The position numbers and the translations under genes are program-made. From an uncultured Pseudomonadales bacterium (GTDB lineage Bacteria; Patescibacteriota; Microgenomatia; UBA1400; UBA1449): 64,000 nt of DNA. Where the stretch lies: positions 69,880 to 133,879 of the forward strand of contig CAYLQQ010000003.1 of assembly GCA_964386355.1 (NCBI GenBank), written 5' to 3'. Numbering within the stretch: position 1 is the stretch's first letter; each line of letters begins with the position of its first letter. The notes beneath the pieces are model-generated. The model made no database searches. It was given only the letters and a program-made list of their open reading frames with translations, and was not told the origin of the DNA. Positions 9,856 through 20,299 of this stretch are shown here, in pieces.

Positions 9856-12800
9856 ATGCCCAAAAAATTTTCAACAGAATCAAATAATGGAGTTTACTGC
9901 GTAATAGTGGGAAGTGGCGATTTTTTGGGATGTGAGCTTGCACGTCAAATGCTGAGTCAGGGTTGTAGAGTTGTGATTGTGGATGATACCTCTGGAAAAA
10001 CTAATAATAACCTACAACAACTGAAAGAAAATTCAAATTTATCAGTTTTATCCACATCAAATAAAGATTTAGAGATTTTGTTTTCAACTAAACCTGACTA
10101 CATATTTTACCTAGAATTGATTGATTTATATGAACACAGAGATCCTAAGTATATATATCAGGAAACGTATCGCAAATTGGGATTTGAGCGGTACATGAGT
10201 TGGTGTCAAAAAGCTGAAGCAAAACTTCTATTGGGGTGTATTGAATCATTGTATGAAGAAAACGCTTCCTTAGTTAAAGGAAAAGATGTTGGAGATAAAA
10301 CAGAGAGATATTGGGAAATTCAGGAAAAATTTGAATCCCTTGTTTTTGCCTACAGCAAAGCACACGCATTGGATGTGCGTATAGTTCGCATCACGGAGCC
10401 TAGTGGAGCTGGAATGTCCATCGCTTCCAGCAATCCAATTACTAAGTGCTATATTTCAGCCGTGAAACAGGGATGTGTTGAGGTTGTTGGAGATGGAAAT
10501 CAGCTACTATATCCAACCCACATTAGTGACATAGCCTTTGGCATGATAAAGGCTATGTTTTCGCAGAGTTCAAACGGGAAAATGTATGCTCTGGTCAATA
10601 AGGAGGGTTTGTCTTTATTTAATCTCGTAAAATTTATTGAGCAAGCCCTGGGAAAGTCTATACGCATAGTTAACACATTCGAAAAAGAAATTACAGAAAA
10701 ACAAGGATTAACTCAGGCAATGTTGCTTAGTCAGGAAGTGCTTGGATGGTTTCCGCGCTGTAATATTAATACAATCCTACAAAATACGTTTGAGTGGTTA
10801 GGTAAGTCTGTGTCTGTAGACCATCAATATCAACAACCCACCACCCAGACAGTAGCTGAAACTCTCTCTATAAATAATTTACCAATAAAACACAAAGCAT
10901 CTCAAGCAACTGAGGATGGTTATGACTCTAAAAACAGTGACTCTTTTGATAGGATAAATGTTCATAGATTACAAGATGAAGAAGGGAAATTTGATAATCC
11001 CAAGAAATCCCAACCAAACACTGAGCTGCTTATAAACAAAAATTCTAAAAACAAGTTACCTGTGTTTACTATACAGCCGCCAGTACAGATAACCTCACCG
11101 TTTAGTAATGTAATAGGGAGATTGCCTGGCTTTACGGGAATTGCTCATACATCAACCAGGTATGTAATATTTGGCTTTGTGATGATTTTGTTGCTATTTA
11201 TTCTTCCGCAACTACTATTTATAACTGGTTCAAAAATTGCCCGTAATCACAATATTGCAATAACAAACTCACTATTGAAGTCAACCAGCATTAAACCTGA
11301 CTATTGGACAGATTCCATGCTGGTAATGACTGCAGGAAAAATACTGCCATGGGTAGAGTGGCAGCATGCACTGTTTGGTGTTGATACCACACAACAAGCT
11401 GAAGCGTTGTTGGTATACAAAGATCTGCTCGGAGTAGTTTCTGATGCAAATCAGCTTTTTTTACACACTGAGAAGGTTGTGGATGCGATATTTGGACGGG
11501 ATTCAGTAAATATGGTCAATACATTAGATCAGGCAAAACAGAACACGCTGTCATTGTCAGAAAAACTAGCATTTTTAGAAGCTCGCTATAAAAAAAACGA
11601 ATTACAGGACATGTTAGGAAGTGATATTGGGTTACTGAGAGAGTGGAATGTAAATTGGGGTGAAAGCTTAGTTTTGTTGAGCACCAGCATGCTTAGTGAG
11701 CAGCGCAAGATAATTGCTATAGCCATTCAGGACAGTCTTGAACTACGACCAACGGGGGGATATATGGATTCGATCATGTTTTTAACAATCGAGAAGGGTA
11801 AGCTATTGGATGTGCAGGTAAAAAGCGTTGATGAATTGGATGCGTCGTTACAAGGTGTTGTGCAGCCTCCTGATGATATTGCGCCAGTAATTAATGGCCG
11901 CTTAGGAGAGAAACAGTGGTGGCTTCGTGATGCTAATATGTATGCAAATTTTTATGGAAAAAGTGCTCCGCGAATTGCCTGGTTTATTGAAAAAGAGACG
12001 GGGATCAAAGTTAGTGCTGTGATTGCGGTTGACTCTTATTATTTTAAAGATATTTTACATTTGCTTGGCGGAGTATTTATTCCAGAGCTAAATGAAACCA
12101 TTACAGCCGACAATACACTGGAGCGATTATTCAGCCATGCCACATCAGCCATTGGAAGTAATGGAAACAAGCAGACAAGTTTTTTGCAACTGCTTAGTAT
12201 TAGGCTTGTTGAAAAAATAAAATCTATGCCATCTGATCAGGTGATAGGAATACTTCCGGTAATATCTGAACAGGCAAGAAAAAGACATATTATGGTATAT
12301 GATGAATCTTTTATTGATGATGGTCACCAGCTATGGAAAGGAGAAGTGCCAAAAACTATGTCGCAGGTGGTTGAGTTTGGCGATTTGCATATGCCTGGTT
12401 TTATAATGCCCATTGAAGCTAATGTGGGTATTAATAAAAGCAATTATCATATACAAAGAAACCTTGCTGCTAATGTCAAATTGGGAAATACAGGCTCTTC
12501 AGATATACAAGTAAAATATGAATTAAACAATATGAGCCAGACAGAAATGTGGCCATCAGGGAGCTATAAATCCATGGTTTGGTTATATCTTTCTCAAAAT
12601 GCAAACATAAAGAAAGTGGGCGTTACAAATGATAATTTTGAGTACATAGAACTTAAATCAACTGAAATAGAAATAGTTGAAGAGGGTGATAAAAAACGCG
12701 TTGGTTTTTATATTGAGGTACCTCCATTGTCAAAACGTACCATACAGATTGAATATGGCATGGAGGGATCTCAAAAAGATATAAAAAACGTTTCAATGTT

Positions 12801-12972
12801 TATTGCTAAACAATCGGGTGTCGGTGTTATGCCCGTACAGTTAGTGATTGAGTATCCCCCTTTATGGAGACCGGAAAAAATTACACACCAGACAGAGACT
12901 GGCAGTGGATCTTTGAAGCTAGTTAAAGATATTGAAACAGATTTGTTCTTTGCCGTTTCATTTTCTCGATAA
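9856..12972 (+). CDS. Membrane protein fusing an N-terminal NAD-dependent epimerase/SDR-like domain to a C-terminal DUF4012-like domain
   Basis: N-terminal VGSGDFLG Rossmann-like motif and GDGNQLLYPTHISD; a single TM near aa 440; C-terminal QDSLELRPTGGY, LRDAN, EANVGINKSN. Confidence 0.75.
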   Translation: MPKKFSTESNNGVYCVIVGSGDFLGCELARQMLSQGCRVVIVDDTSGKTNNNLQQLKENSNLSVLSTSNKDLEILFSTKPDYIFYLELIDLYEHRDPKYIYQETYRKLGFERYMSWCQKAEAKLLLGCIESLYEENASLVKGKDVGDKTERYWEIQEKFESLVFAYSKAHALDVRIVRITEPSGAGMSIASSNPITKCYISAVKQGCVEVVGDGNQLLYPTHISDIAFGMIKAMFSQSSNGKMYALVNKEGLSLFNLVKFIEQALGKSIRIVNTFEKEITEKQGLTQAMLLSQEVLGWFPRCNINTILQNTFEWLGKSVSVDHQYQQPTTQTVAETLSINNLPIKHKASQATEDGYDSKNSDSFDRINVHRLQDEEGKFDNPKKSQPNTELLINKNSKNKLPVFTIQPPVQITSPFSNVIGRLPGFTGIAHTSTRYVIFGFVMILLLFILPQLLFITGSKIARNHNIAITNSLLKSTSIKPDYWTDSMLVMTAGKILPWVEWQHALFGVDTTQQAEALLVYKDLLGVVSDANQLFLHTEKVVDAIFGRDSVNMVNTLDQAKQNTLSLSEKLAFLEARYKKNELQDMLGSDIGLLREWNVNWGESLVLLSTSMLSEQRKIIAIAIQDSLELRPTGGYMDSIMFLTIEKGKLLDVQVKSVDELDASLQGVVQPPDDIAPVINGRLGEKQWWLRDANMYANFYGKSAPRIAWFIEKETGIKVSAVIAVDSYYFKDILHLLGGVFIPELNETITADNTLERLFSHATSAIGSNGNKQTSFLQLLSIRLVEKIKSMPSDQVIGILPVISEQARKRHIMVYDESFIDDGHQLWKGEVPKTMSQVVEFGDLHMPGFIMPIEANVGINKSNYHIQRNLAANVKLGNTGSSDIQVKYELNNMSQTEMWPSGSYKSMVWLYLSQNANIKKVGVTNDNFEYIELKSTEIEIVEEGDKKRVGFYIEVPPLSKRTIQIEYGMEGSQKDIKNVSMFIAKQSGVGVMPVQLVIEYPPLWRPEKITHQTETGSGSLKLVKDIETDLFFAVSFSR

Positions 12973-13047
12973 ATCTGATAAAATCTACTCTCGAAAATAG
13001 AACTTTTGTATGTTTAGATTTTGGTGTGTAGTAGGGTGATAACCCAA

Positions 13048-13075
13048 CTACTATCTACTATCTACTAACTACTAA
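13048..13075 (+). repeat. Heptamer tandem repeat (CTACTAW)x4 immediately upstream of rplY
   Basis: CTACTAT CTACTAT CTACTAA CTACTAA. Confidence 0.85.
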
Positions 13076-13079
13076 TTGT

Positions 13080-13754
13080 ATGGTTGATAAAATTTCGCTT
13101 ACTGCTCAAAAACGAGAAGTTTTCGGTAGACAGGTAAAAAAACTTCGCAAAGATAAACTGATCCCTGCTAATGTATTTGGAAGCCATATTAATTCAGTGG
13201 CTCTTAGCATATCATTTGACGAGTTTCGGCGCGCATATAGTCAGGCTGGAGAAAGCTCCATCGTGTACCTAGCCATTGAAGGGGAGCCCAAAAACCGTCC
13301 TGTATTGATCAGACCTCCGCAGCTTCACCCAATTACCAGACAGGTTCTACACATTGACTTGCGCCAGGTTAATTTAAAAGAGAAAATTAAAACAATGATA
13401 GACCTGGTTTTGGTTGGGGAAGCACCCGCCCAAACCCAAGGAGCTTTGATTATTCAGCTTAGGGATCAGGTTGAGGTTGAGGCACTACCAACAGATCTGC
13501 CTGAACAAATTGAGGTTGATATTACCAAGCTAGAAAACATTGACGACACAATAGTTGCAAGTGAATTGCAAATAGACCGAACCAAAATAGAAATACAACT
13601 AGAGGACGAAGAGGTAATTGTCAAGGCTGAAGCGCCTAAAGAAGAAGTTGAAGAGGTTGCAGCAGACGAAGCAGCTGCAGAAGGTGAAACAGATGAAGCT
13701 CAGACAGAGCAGGAGAGTGGAGAAAACTCAGAGGAAAAGCCGGCTTCAGAATAA
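13080..13754 (+). CDS. rplY: 50S ribosomal protein L25/Ctc
   Basis: KKLRKDKLIPANVFG, QLHPITRQVLHID, VEALPTDLPEQIEVDI; acidic tail. Confidence 0.96.
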   Translation: MVDKISLTAQKREVFGRQVKKLRKDKLIPANVFGSHINSVALSISFDEFRRAYSQAGESSIVYLAIEGEPKNRPVLIRPPQLHPITRQVLHIDLRQVNLKEKIKTMIDLVLVGEAPAQTQGALIIQLRDQVEVEALPTDLPEQIEVDITKLENIDDTIVASELQIDRTKIEIQLEDEEVIVKAEAPKEEVEEVAADEAAAEGETDEAQTEQESGENSEEKPASE

Positions 13755-13774
13755 ACATCTAGTGAAAACAAATT

Positions 13775-13807
13775 AAGGGACAAGCTCACAAGGCCTGTCC
13801 CTTTTTT
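13775..13807 (+). terminator. Rho-independent terminator after rplY
   Basis: AAGGGACAAGC-TCACAAG-GCCTGTCCC followed by a T-run. Confidence 0.8.
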
Positions 13808-13826
13808 ATGGATAGAGCCAGTTGAT

Positions 13827-14810
13827 TTATTTTGTAGCTACATACTCAGGTGAGTTCCATAGTGGATTTAGCCATTGAGTCTGCTGAAGAGTTGAGTAGT
13901 GTTTTTGTGTATCATACAATTCCTGTTCATAATGAGATTTAAGTGCTAACAGCTGCCAACTATAAGGGTATTTGTCTAATAGTTGGGCAAGTCTAGCAAG
14001 TTGTTCACGTCGTCTCTGAGGAGATTGTAGTAAAGTTTCTGTCTCGTTAAGTGTATTCTTGTATAGCAGCGTACTTATTGGATGAGAAAGTTGTATGTAC
14101 TGTTTAGCTCTTTCAAGCGCTACCCTTGATTCTTCTTCTTGGTTACGTAAAAAATATTGCTTACTTAAGTTAAGCCAGCTACTGGGCAGGGCAGGGTATT
14201 TGTTTATGTTTTTTGTGTAAGGAAATCTTGAATAAAGTTTATTTATATGTGATGTATGGTATGTTTGATTTATAAGCAGTAGGGTTATTATCGTTAAGCA
14301 GGAATAGTACCTCCATCCCCATAATCGACCCGTTACATTTACGCGTTTTCTTATTGTATTCCCAAATTTGAATAACAGTTTATAGTTACTTAATTTGTTT
14401 CGAATGTGTTTTATTGCCCCATAGTGCTTTACTGGTTTTCCATTAAAGCCCGACATAATCACCCTTAGTTTTGGAATGTATGTATCTACTAGTAAGTTAT
14501 GTATGGTATGCAGAATTTGCTTAGGTGTGGTATGTGCTCCAGCCAGTTTGGTATTTTTTGGTTTTACCTGAACTTGTTTGATCTTTTCAATGTTTGTTTG
14601 TGTAGTTTTTGGGGAGTTTTTATCAGTATTGGTAGAACTAATATCTACTGGACTCTCTTGATTGCATGGTTTTACTGGTTCTTTATGTTCATGTGTGATG
14701 GTGCTTACTGTACGTTTAATTATAGAAAATCTATTACGCCATCGTTCTTTCTTTTCTTGGTGTTGCTTGCGTTTCTCTATTAGTTTTCGTCTAGGAGTGT
14801 ATTGTGGCAA
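13827..14810 (-). CDS. Hypothetical basic membrane-anchored protein with a helical (TPR-like) C-terminus
   Basis: 327-aa ORF downstream of uppS with one hydrophobic segment; no motif recognised. Confidence 0.5.
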   Translation of the reverse strand: MPQYTPRRKLIEKRKQHQEKKERWRNRFSIIKRTVSTITHEHKEPVKPCNQESPVDISSTNTDKNSPKTTQTNIEKIKQVQVKPKNTKLAGAHTTPKQILHTIHNLLVDTYIPKLRVIMSGFNGKPVKHYGAIKHIRNKLSNYKLLFKFGNTIRKRVNVTGRLWGWRYYSCLTIITLLLINQTYHTSHINKLYSRFPYTKNINKYPALPSSWLNLSKQYFLRNQEEESRVALERAKQYIQLSHPISTLLYKNTLNETETLLQSPQRRREQLARLAQLLDKYPYSWQLLALKSHYEQELYDTQKHYSTLQQTQWLNPLWNSPEYVATK

Positions 14811-14882
14811 TGTGTATGTTGTAGTTTGTAGGTTGTGAATGTGAGTGTCTAAAACAACCCTACTAACTACTTGGTGTATTAA

Positions 14883-15599
14883 CTATTTACTGTTCCCACC
14901 AAATCTTCTATCCCTTGAAGAAAAATCTCGTAAAATTTCATCAAATTCTTTGATACTAAAATCTGGCATAAGCGTTTTTGTAAAATACAATTCGCTGTAC
15001 TGACACTGCCATGGTAAATAGCCCGAAAGACGGACATCCCCGCCAGTTCTGATAATAATATCAGGGTCAGGCATGTCATACGTATCAAGATATTGGCCAA
15101 AATCACGCTCTGTTAACTGGTTAACCATATCGGGATTAAATTTAGGAGATTGGATCATTTTTTTCATAGCCCTGATTATTTCATCCCTTCCGCCATAGTT
15201 TATGGCAATTGTAACCGTTAGCCGATGTTTGTCGTGAGATCTGTTTTTTAAATTGATTAATTTATTTTGAAGATTGACTGGTAGTTTTGAAATATCACCA
15301 ATGGTATTGAACTTAACCCCAGCTTCTTCATATTTCTGGGTATTTTTATCCAGAGCATAGCCGAGCAAATTAAACAGTTTGTTGACAAACTCCGCCCCCC
15401 GCCTCCAGTTTTCAGTCGAGAATGCCCAAAAAGTAATGTATGGAATACCCAACTCAAGGCTGTGGCAGACTATATTATCAAGGGTTGTATCAACGACGCG
15501 CCTATGTCCTGCAATGCTGGGGAGGTGGTGTTGTTTTGCCCATCGACGGTTGCCATCGACGATAAAGGCGACATGTTTTGGTAGTTGGGAATTCTCCAT
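14883..15599 (-). CDS. uppS: Undecaprenyl diphosphate synthase (cis-prenyltransferase)
   Basis: PKHVAFIVDGNRRWA, AFSTENW, NYGGRDEI, PDPDIIIRTGG, RLSGYL, RRFGG. Confidence 0.97.
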   Translation of the reverse strand: MENSQLPKHVAFIVDGNRRWAKQHHLPSIAGHRRVVDTTLDNIVCHSLELGIPYITFWAFSTENWRRGAEFVNKLFNLLGYALDKNTQKYEEAGVKFNTIGDISKLPVNLQNKLINLKNRSHDKHRLTVTIAINYGGRDEIIRAMKKMIQSPKFNPDMVNQLTERDFGQYLDTYDMPDPDIIIRTGGDVRLSGYLPWQCQYSELYFTKTLMPDFSIKEFDEILRDFSSRDRRFGGNSK

Positions 15600-15733
15600 A
15601 TGGAGAGCATTATACTGCGCTCATGAAAAAAAAACGACCAAAGTATAAGAAGAGCTAATTAATTAGTTTACGTCAGGCAGTTTATTGGAATTACTTAATC
15701 TTTATATACATAAGATTAAGTAGGGTGTTAGTA

Positions 15734-16120
15734 TCACGGGTTTGATAGTTTTACAGCACCAAAACCCAGGTTGATACCAAAAATAAGTTCCAATAGCTGC
15801 ATAATCCAGTAAGCTAGAAAAATAATGACAAAACCTACTATAGTAGAGGTCATCATAGACTTACCCTTTTGCATCTTGTCCTTGTTTCCAACTGCAGTAA
15901 GTAGGGTAAAACCTGCAGATACAAACAGTACGAATAAAACGATGCCCGCAAAAGCAAAAATGTAGGGAGTAAAAGCTGTGATCATCTGTCCGATTGTTTG
16001 ATTGCTGTTAAACAGGCCTGCGCCAACCTTTGGCAGATCAGCTGGAGCATTATTACCGATAGGATCCGGCACTGGTTTGCCTGGGATTCCCGGTAGTGAA
16101 AAAGCAAGTATATCAGCCAT
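15734..16120 (-). CDS. CPR-type pilin-like membrane protein (VirB2/TrbC-like)
   Basis: Two TM helices around AGFTLLTAVGNKDKMQKGKSMMTSTIVGFVIIF. Confidence 0.75.
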   Translation of the reverse strand: MADILAFSLPGIPGKPVPDPIGNNAPADLPKVGAGLFNSNQTIGQMITAFTPYIFAFAGIVLFVLFVSAGFTLLTAVGNKDKMQKGKSMMTSTIVGFVIIFLAYWIMQLLELIFGINLGFGAVKLSNP

Positions 16121-16126
16121 ATGTTT

Positions 16127-17254
16127 TTATCTGCTAAATCCTGGAATTTGTAATATGTCTGTCCCTATGAGTTGGAGTAAAAACACAGAGAATATGATAA
16201 ATACCAAACCAGCTCCTGCGGAAACAAACATCTCTTTACCATTTTTAAGCTTTTCGGGATCACCCGCAGATGTCATGAGTTGAAATGAAGCAAACGCCAT
16301 AAGTAAAAAGGCAATACCACCGCCAAGGCCTATTCCCCATCGAAGCACCCAGCCTATCAATGGAATGGGTTCGTAGGGGATACAACCAAGCGCAGTTTTT
16401 ACACCAGGTTGTGTGGAATCATTATTATAAAAACATGTGTCAGGCTTTATTTTTACCGGAGGACCTTCTGTTGTATTTGTATCCTCAACAGTATCATCTT
16501 CAGGATTACAGACCTCAAGCTTGGTAAATCCGCTTTCGCAGACAATAGAGTCATTATTTTCTAATACTAATTTATGTTGAGTTAGGGAAAGCGAACTGAT
16601 ATCAATTTGTGCGGGAGGGCTTATCGATCCGTTTGATATGTTTACTTTTGTAGCAAAAGCTCTATTATCTATGCGAATAACAAATGGATTGAAAAAACTT
16701 GAATCAACTGGTTGACCCCCCTCTGTAACATTATTGCTAATAACTGTAATATTTTTTGTAGTTAAATCAAAACATGTTTTTGTACCGGCTGCGTTTGTAT
16801 CTGGAGTAATGGTAAGGCTTTCACAGGAGGGATTGACCTGGCCTCGCTTAATCGTATAAAAAGAATGACAAAGTTGTGTGCTACCATCACCGGTATATAC
16901 CCACACTATTCGTTGCCCACTTCTATACCCAAACTCACCAAAAAAGAGTTGTATAGCTCTACTATCAGTGATTGTGACGGGAATGTTATTTTGAACATTC
17001 TGTTCGTAGCGGTTTAGTACGCAGCCATTAATAACGGGATCGCAATTAATTAATACTTTATAAGTTGGCTGTCTTCCGCTGACGGTAAGTTTCATGTTTG
17101 GGGTTACTCGACTATATATTGGATCTGGTTCAACCTGTACTTGGATGTTTGCATCGGCGCATAAAGGGGAGGCATGTATGCGCGAGAGGCTTTCTGTCAA
17201 CAATAAAGTGATGAAGACCAAAGAAATAATAATTCTAACACCTCTTTTAAGCAT
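16127..17254 (-). CDS. Secreted Cys-containing protein with a C-terminal CPR pilin-like domain
   Basis: Signal peptide; KTALGCIP; MTSAGDPEKLKNGKEMFVSAGAGLVFIIFS. Confidence 0.75.
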   Translation of the reverse strand: MLKRGVRIIISLVFITLLLTESLSRIHASPLCADANIQVQVEPDPIYSRVTPNMKLTVSGRQPTYKVLINCDPVINGCVLNRYEQNVQNNIPVTITDSRAIQLFFGEFGYRSGQRIVWVYTGDGSTQLCHSFYTIKRGQVNPSCESLTITPDTNAAGTKTCFDLTTKNITVISNNVTEGGQPVDSSFFNPFVIRIDNRAFATKVNISNGSISPPAQIDISSLSLTQHKLVLENNDSIVCESGFTKLEVCNPEDDTVEDTNTTEGPPVKIKPDTCFYNNDSTQPGVKTALGCIPYEPIPLIGWVLRWGIGLGGGIAFLLMAFASFQLMTSAGDPEKLKNGKEMFVSAGAGLVFIIFSVFLLQLIGTDILQIPGFSR

Positions 17255-17498
17255 ACAATAAACTTAAAACCTTCCTTTGAATAATTAGGATTATTATCTC
17301 ATACTCACTAAAAAAATTGCAGAGGAGGAATATTCGTTGTCCTGCAGAGCTGGATTCCGCTTCGCTCATTGCTTGTTGGTTTTTAGCTAAGAGCTTGATT
17401 TCATAACGTAGGCTTATGTGGATGCGCTACAATAGGAACGAGAGCAATCTATGAACAGAAAGTTACAAGTATCAATTTACAAGTATCAATTTAGAGGC

Positions 17499-19235
17499 AT
17501 GAAAAGATGTGTCTCAATAATTGCTATTTTGGCGCTTTCCATTACTACTTACTACTTACTACTTACTACTAGTTCTAAAGCTGATGAGTTAGAGGATATT
17601 GGTAAACAAATCGTAGAACTAGAACAAGCTAAAAAGATGAGTGAGGATGCAACTAAACCTCTGGAGATTGAGGCGGGACAGATCGAATTGCGTTTGCGGG
17701 CTATCCAATCGAGTATGGATAGGGCCGCTGAAAATATTAAAAACCTGGAAAAAGATATACAAAAACGAGAAAAAGACCTATCATATCAATATGAATTACT
17801 CTCTATCCGTGCTGAAAACTTATATAAGCAATTGCGCATGCCTAGAGAACTATTAGCTTTCTTTAGTCAGGGATCATTAGGGAGTATTGCCCGCCATTTG
17901 GGGTATCAGCGAGCAGTTGCCAGGCAAGATAAAGATGAAATTATTTCAATTTCGTCAGATTTGACTGATCTTGAGCAGGATAAGCAGAAAGTTGAGCAAG
18001 ACAAGAAAACGCTTGAGAATCTAGGGGAGCGGCTCAAACCCCAACTGGCTTTTTTTCAAAAAGAAATTGAGGGAGCTAAGGCTTACCAGCGCTCACTTGG
18101 GCAAAAAATTACAGAGCTGAGTGTAAAGCAGAAAGAATTATTGGCTAAAAAAACAGAAACATTCCAGACTTCAGTTGGAAGTGTACCTTTAGCTGATGAC
18201 CCTGCTTCCCAACCCGGCTATAACCCAGGATTTTCACCTGCGTTTGCAGCGTTCTCATTTGGTGCTCCCCACTTTAAGGGAATGAGCCAGTATGGTGCGT
18301 ATGGTCGGGCCAAAGAAGGGCAGAGTGTTGAGGATATTCTCAGGGCTTACTATGGGGGTGGTATAGAGATTAAAAAAGATTATGATACCAATATCCAAAT
18401 CAAGGTCGATGGGTATGGTAGTTACTCTTTAGAAGAATATGCCAAGCGGATTTATGAAGTACCAAACGGATGGGGTGATAATGGTGGTATGGCGGCCTTG
18501 CGAGCCCAGGCTGTAGCAGCACGATCGTATGCTTTAGCTCGGACCAATAATGGATCAGGATCAATTTGTGCCACAGAAGCTTGCCAGGTATTCAAACCCG
18601 AGCCAAAAGGAGGCAACTGGGAGCAGGCTGTCAATGATACAAAAGGGTGGGTTTTGATGGCCAATGGGCAGCCATTTTCTGCTTGGTATGCCTCTACGTC
18701 CGGAGGTTATCAGGAAAGCTATAGCCACAATGGTTATAGTACGCCAGGATTTTGGGATACAAAAAATGGCCGTTCAGGATGGACGAACGACGCCTATGAA
18801 AAAATTGGTGGATCGCCCTGGTTTTATAAAGCTTGGTATCGTACCAGGGGAGGGACCACCTGCGGACGTTCCCATCCTTGGTTAAATAGTGATGAGTTTT
18901 CTGATATTGTGAATGCGCTGATTGTATATAAAGCAGATAATGGCACACAAGGACATTTATCTCAGACCGATTCATCCTGTTTTGGCGAATCTATTCCCGA
19001 TACCTGGTCGCGTGAGCAGTTGCGGAATGAGGCCAACAATAGAGGGGGTGCTGTATCATCCGTAAGCTCTGTTTCAGTAACATATAGTAACTCTGGCGTT
19101 ACAGCTGAGGTTGCTGTTGGTACAAACCGTGGCACCTTACGTTTTAGTGGTGATGAATTCTATAAAATATTTAATTTACGTGCTCCCGGAGCCATTCATC
19201 TCACATCAGGATTATTTAATATCGAAAAAAAGTAG
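17499..19235 (+). CDS. SpoIID/LytB-domain peptidoglycan hydrolase with an N-terminal coiled coil
   Basis: Signal peptide and coiled coil; GMSQYGA, ILRAYY, ALRAQAVAARSYA, CATEACQVF, YASTSGG. The start could be 17451. Confidence 0.85.
   Translation: MKRCVSIIAILALSITTYYLLLTTSSKADELEDIGKQIVELEQAKKMSEDATKPLEIEAGQIELRLRAIQSSMDRAAENIKNLEKDIQKREKDLSYQYELLSIRAENLYKQLRMPRELLAFFSQGSLGSIARHLGYQRAVARQDKDEIISISSDLTDLEQDKQKVEQDKKTLENLGERLKPQLAFFQKEIEGAKAYQRSLGQKITELSVKQKELLAKKTETFQTSVGSVPLADDPASQPGYNPGFSPAFAAFSFGAPHFKGMSQYGAYGRAKEGQSVEDILRAYYGGGIEIKKDYDTNIQIKVDGYGSYSLEEYAKRIYEVPNGWGDNGGMAALRAQAVAARSYALARTNNGSGSICATEACQVFKPEPKGGNWEQAVNDTKGWVLMANGQPFSAWYASTSGGYQESYSHNGYSTPGFWDTKNGRSGWTNDAYEKIGGSPWFYKAWYRTRGGTTCGRSHPWLNSDEFSDIVNALIVYKADNGTQGHLSQTDSSCFGESIPDTWSREQLRNEANNRGGAVSSVSSVSVTYSNSGVTAEVAVGTNRGTLRFSGDEFYKIFNLRAPGAIHLTSGLFNIEKK
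17542..17569 (+). repeat. Heptamer tandem repeat (TTACTAC)x4 inside the signal-peptide region
   Basis: Read directly; a 14-mer duplication TTACAAGTATCAAT x2 lies at 17463-17490. Confidence 0.85.
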
Positions 19236-19293
19236 TATTGGTACATTATGTTGAGTTATGAATAGGTAGATTAAATTCTGATATAATATACAT

Positions 19294-19971
19294 ATGGTTC
19301 AAGAAATATACAAAAACCCTTCTTCAACAAAAGCTACCCAGTCAGCAAAGCAATCGTTTCCTCTTAGCCGTACCATGCTTGCCGATCTTGAAAAAGATCT
19401 ACGCCATATGGGTAAAAGTTTTTTTGCTGGTTTTGATAGTTATCCAAAAGCTATTAAATTTGAAAGTCAAGAAACAAAAGAACAGATTATTCTTTTGCTT
19501 CGACGTCATTTTATTACAAATATTCCATGGATTTTAATGGCTGCATTTCTCATTTTTTTATCCTTCCTCTTTCCCTTTTTTGGTGTATTAGAGCTTTTAC
19601 CGGGGCAGTATCAGATGATGACTTACATATTGTGGTATTTATTGGTGGCAGCGTATGTAATAGAAAAGACATTATCATGGCTATATAATGTGTACATCAT
19701 TACGGATGAGCGCATCGTGGATATTGACTTTTACTCGCTTGTCTATAAAAGAATATCTGAGGCAAAAATAGAAAAAATTGAAGATGTAACATATATTCAG
19801 GGCGGATTTATTCAGTCTCTATTTGATTTTGGTACTGTTACTATCCAAACAGCAGCAGAGAAACGAGAATTTGAGATGGAGTTTGTTCCCCAACCATCCC
19901 GTCTGGCAAAAGTACTAAATCAATTAATATTACAGGAAGAACAAGAAAAAATTGAGGGGAGGGTAAATTAA
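19294..19971 (+). CDS. Bacterial PH-domain membrane protein
   Basis: LLRRH, two TMs, YIITDERIVD, IEDVT, FDFGTVTIQTA. Confidence 0.8.
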   Translation: MVQEIYKNPSSTKATQSAKQSFPLSRTMLADLEKDLRHMGKSFFAGFDSYPKAIKFESQETKEQIILLLRRHFITNIPWILMAAFLIFLSFLFPFFGVLELLPGQYQMMTYILWYLLVAAYVIEKTLSWLYNVYIITDERIVDIDFYSLVYKRISEAKIEKIEDVTYIQGGFIQSLFDFGTVTIQTAAEKREFEMEFVPQPSRLAKVLNQLILQEEQEKIEGRVN

Positions 19972-19972
19972 T

Positions 19973-20212
19973 ATGGCAAACATAATGGAAACACTTCCTC
20001 CCGAGACAGTTACCGTGGCTTTGTTACTATTAAAACTGATGTATCTTGTTGCAATAGGATTATATGTTGCTTTTGCAGTATTGGTTGTTCGCCAAATATC
20101 ACTAATGACCGGTACTCTTATCAGCTCTTTATCTCAACATATCAAATTAATCGGATTTATCCACCTACTTATCGCAATCGGTGCCTTTATTTTCGCGTTG
20201 GTAATTTTATAA
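19973..20212 (+). CDS. Small membrane protein (DUF5657-like)
   Basis: LYVAFAVLVVRQISLM pattern; two TMs. Confidence 0.65.
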   Translation: MANIMETLPPETVTVALLLLKLMYLVAIGLYVAFAVLVVRQISLMTGTLISSLSQHIKLIGFIHLLIAIGAFIFALVIL

Positions 20213-20299
20213 ATACGCTTCTTACCAAACTGCAATAATGTAGTTTTTTATCTATTCCGTATACAATGTTTGTAACCCAGCAATGTGGGTTTAATTGTT

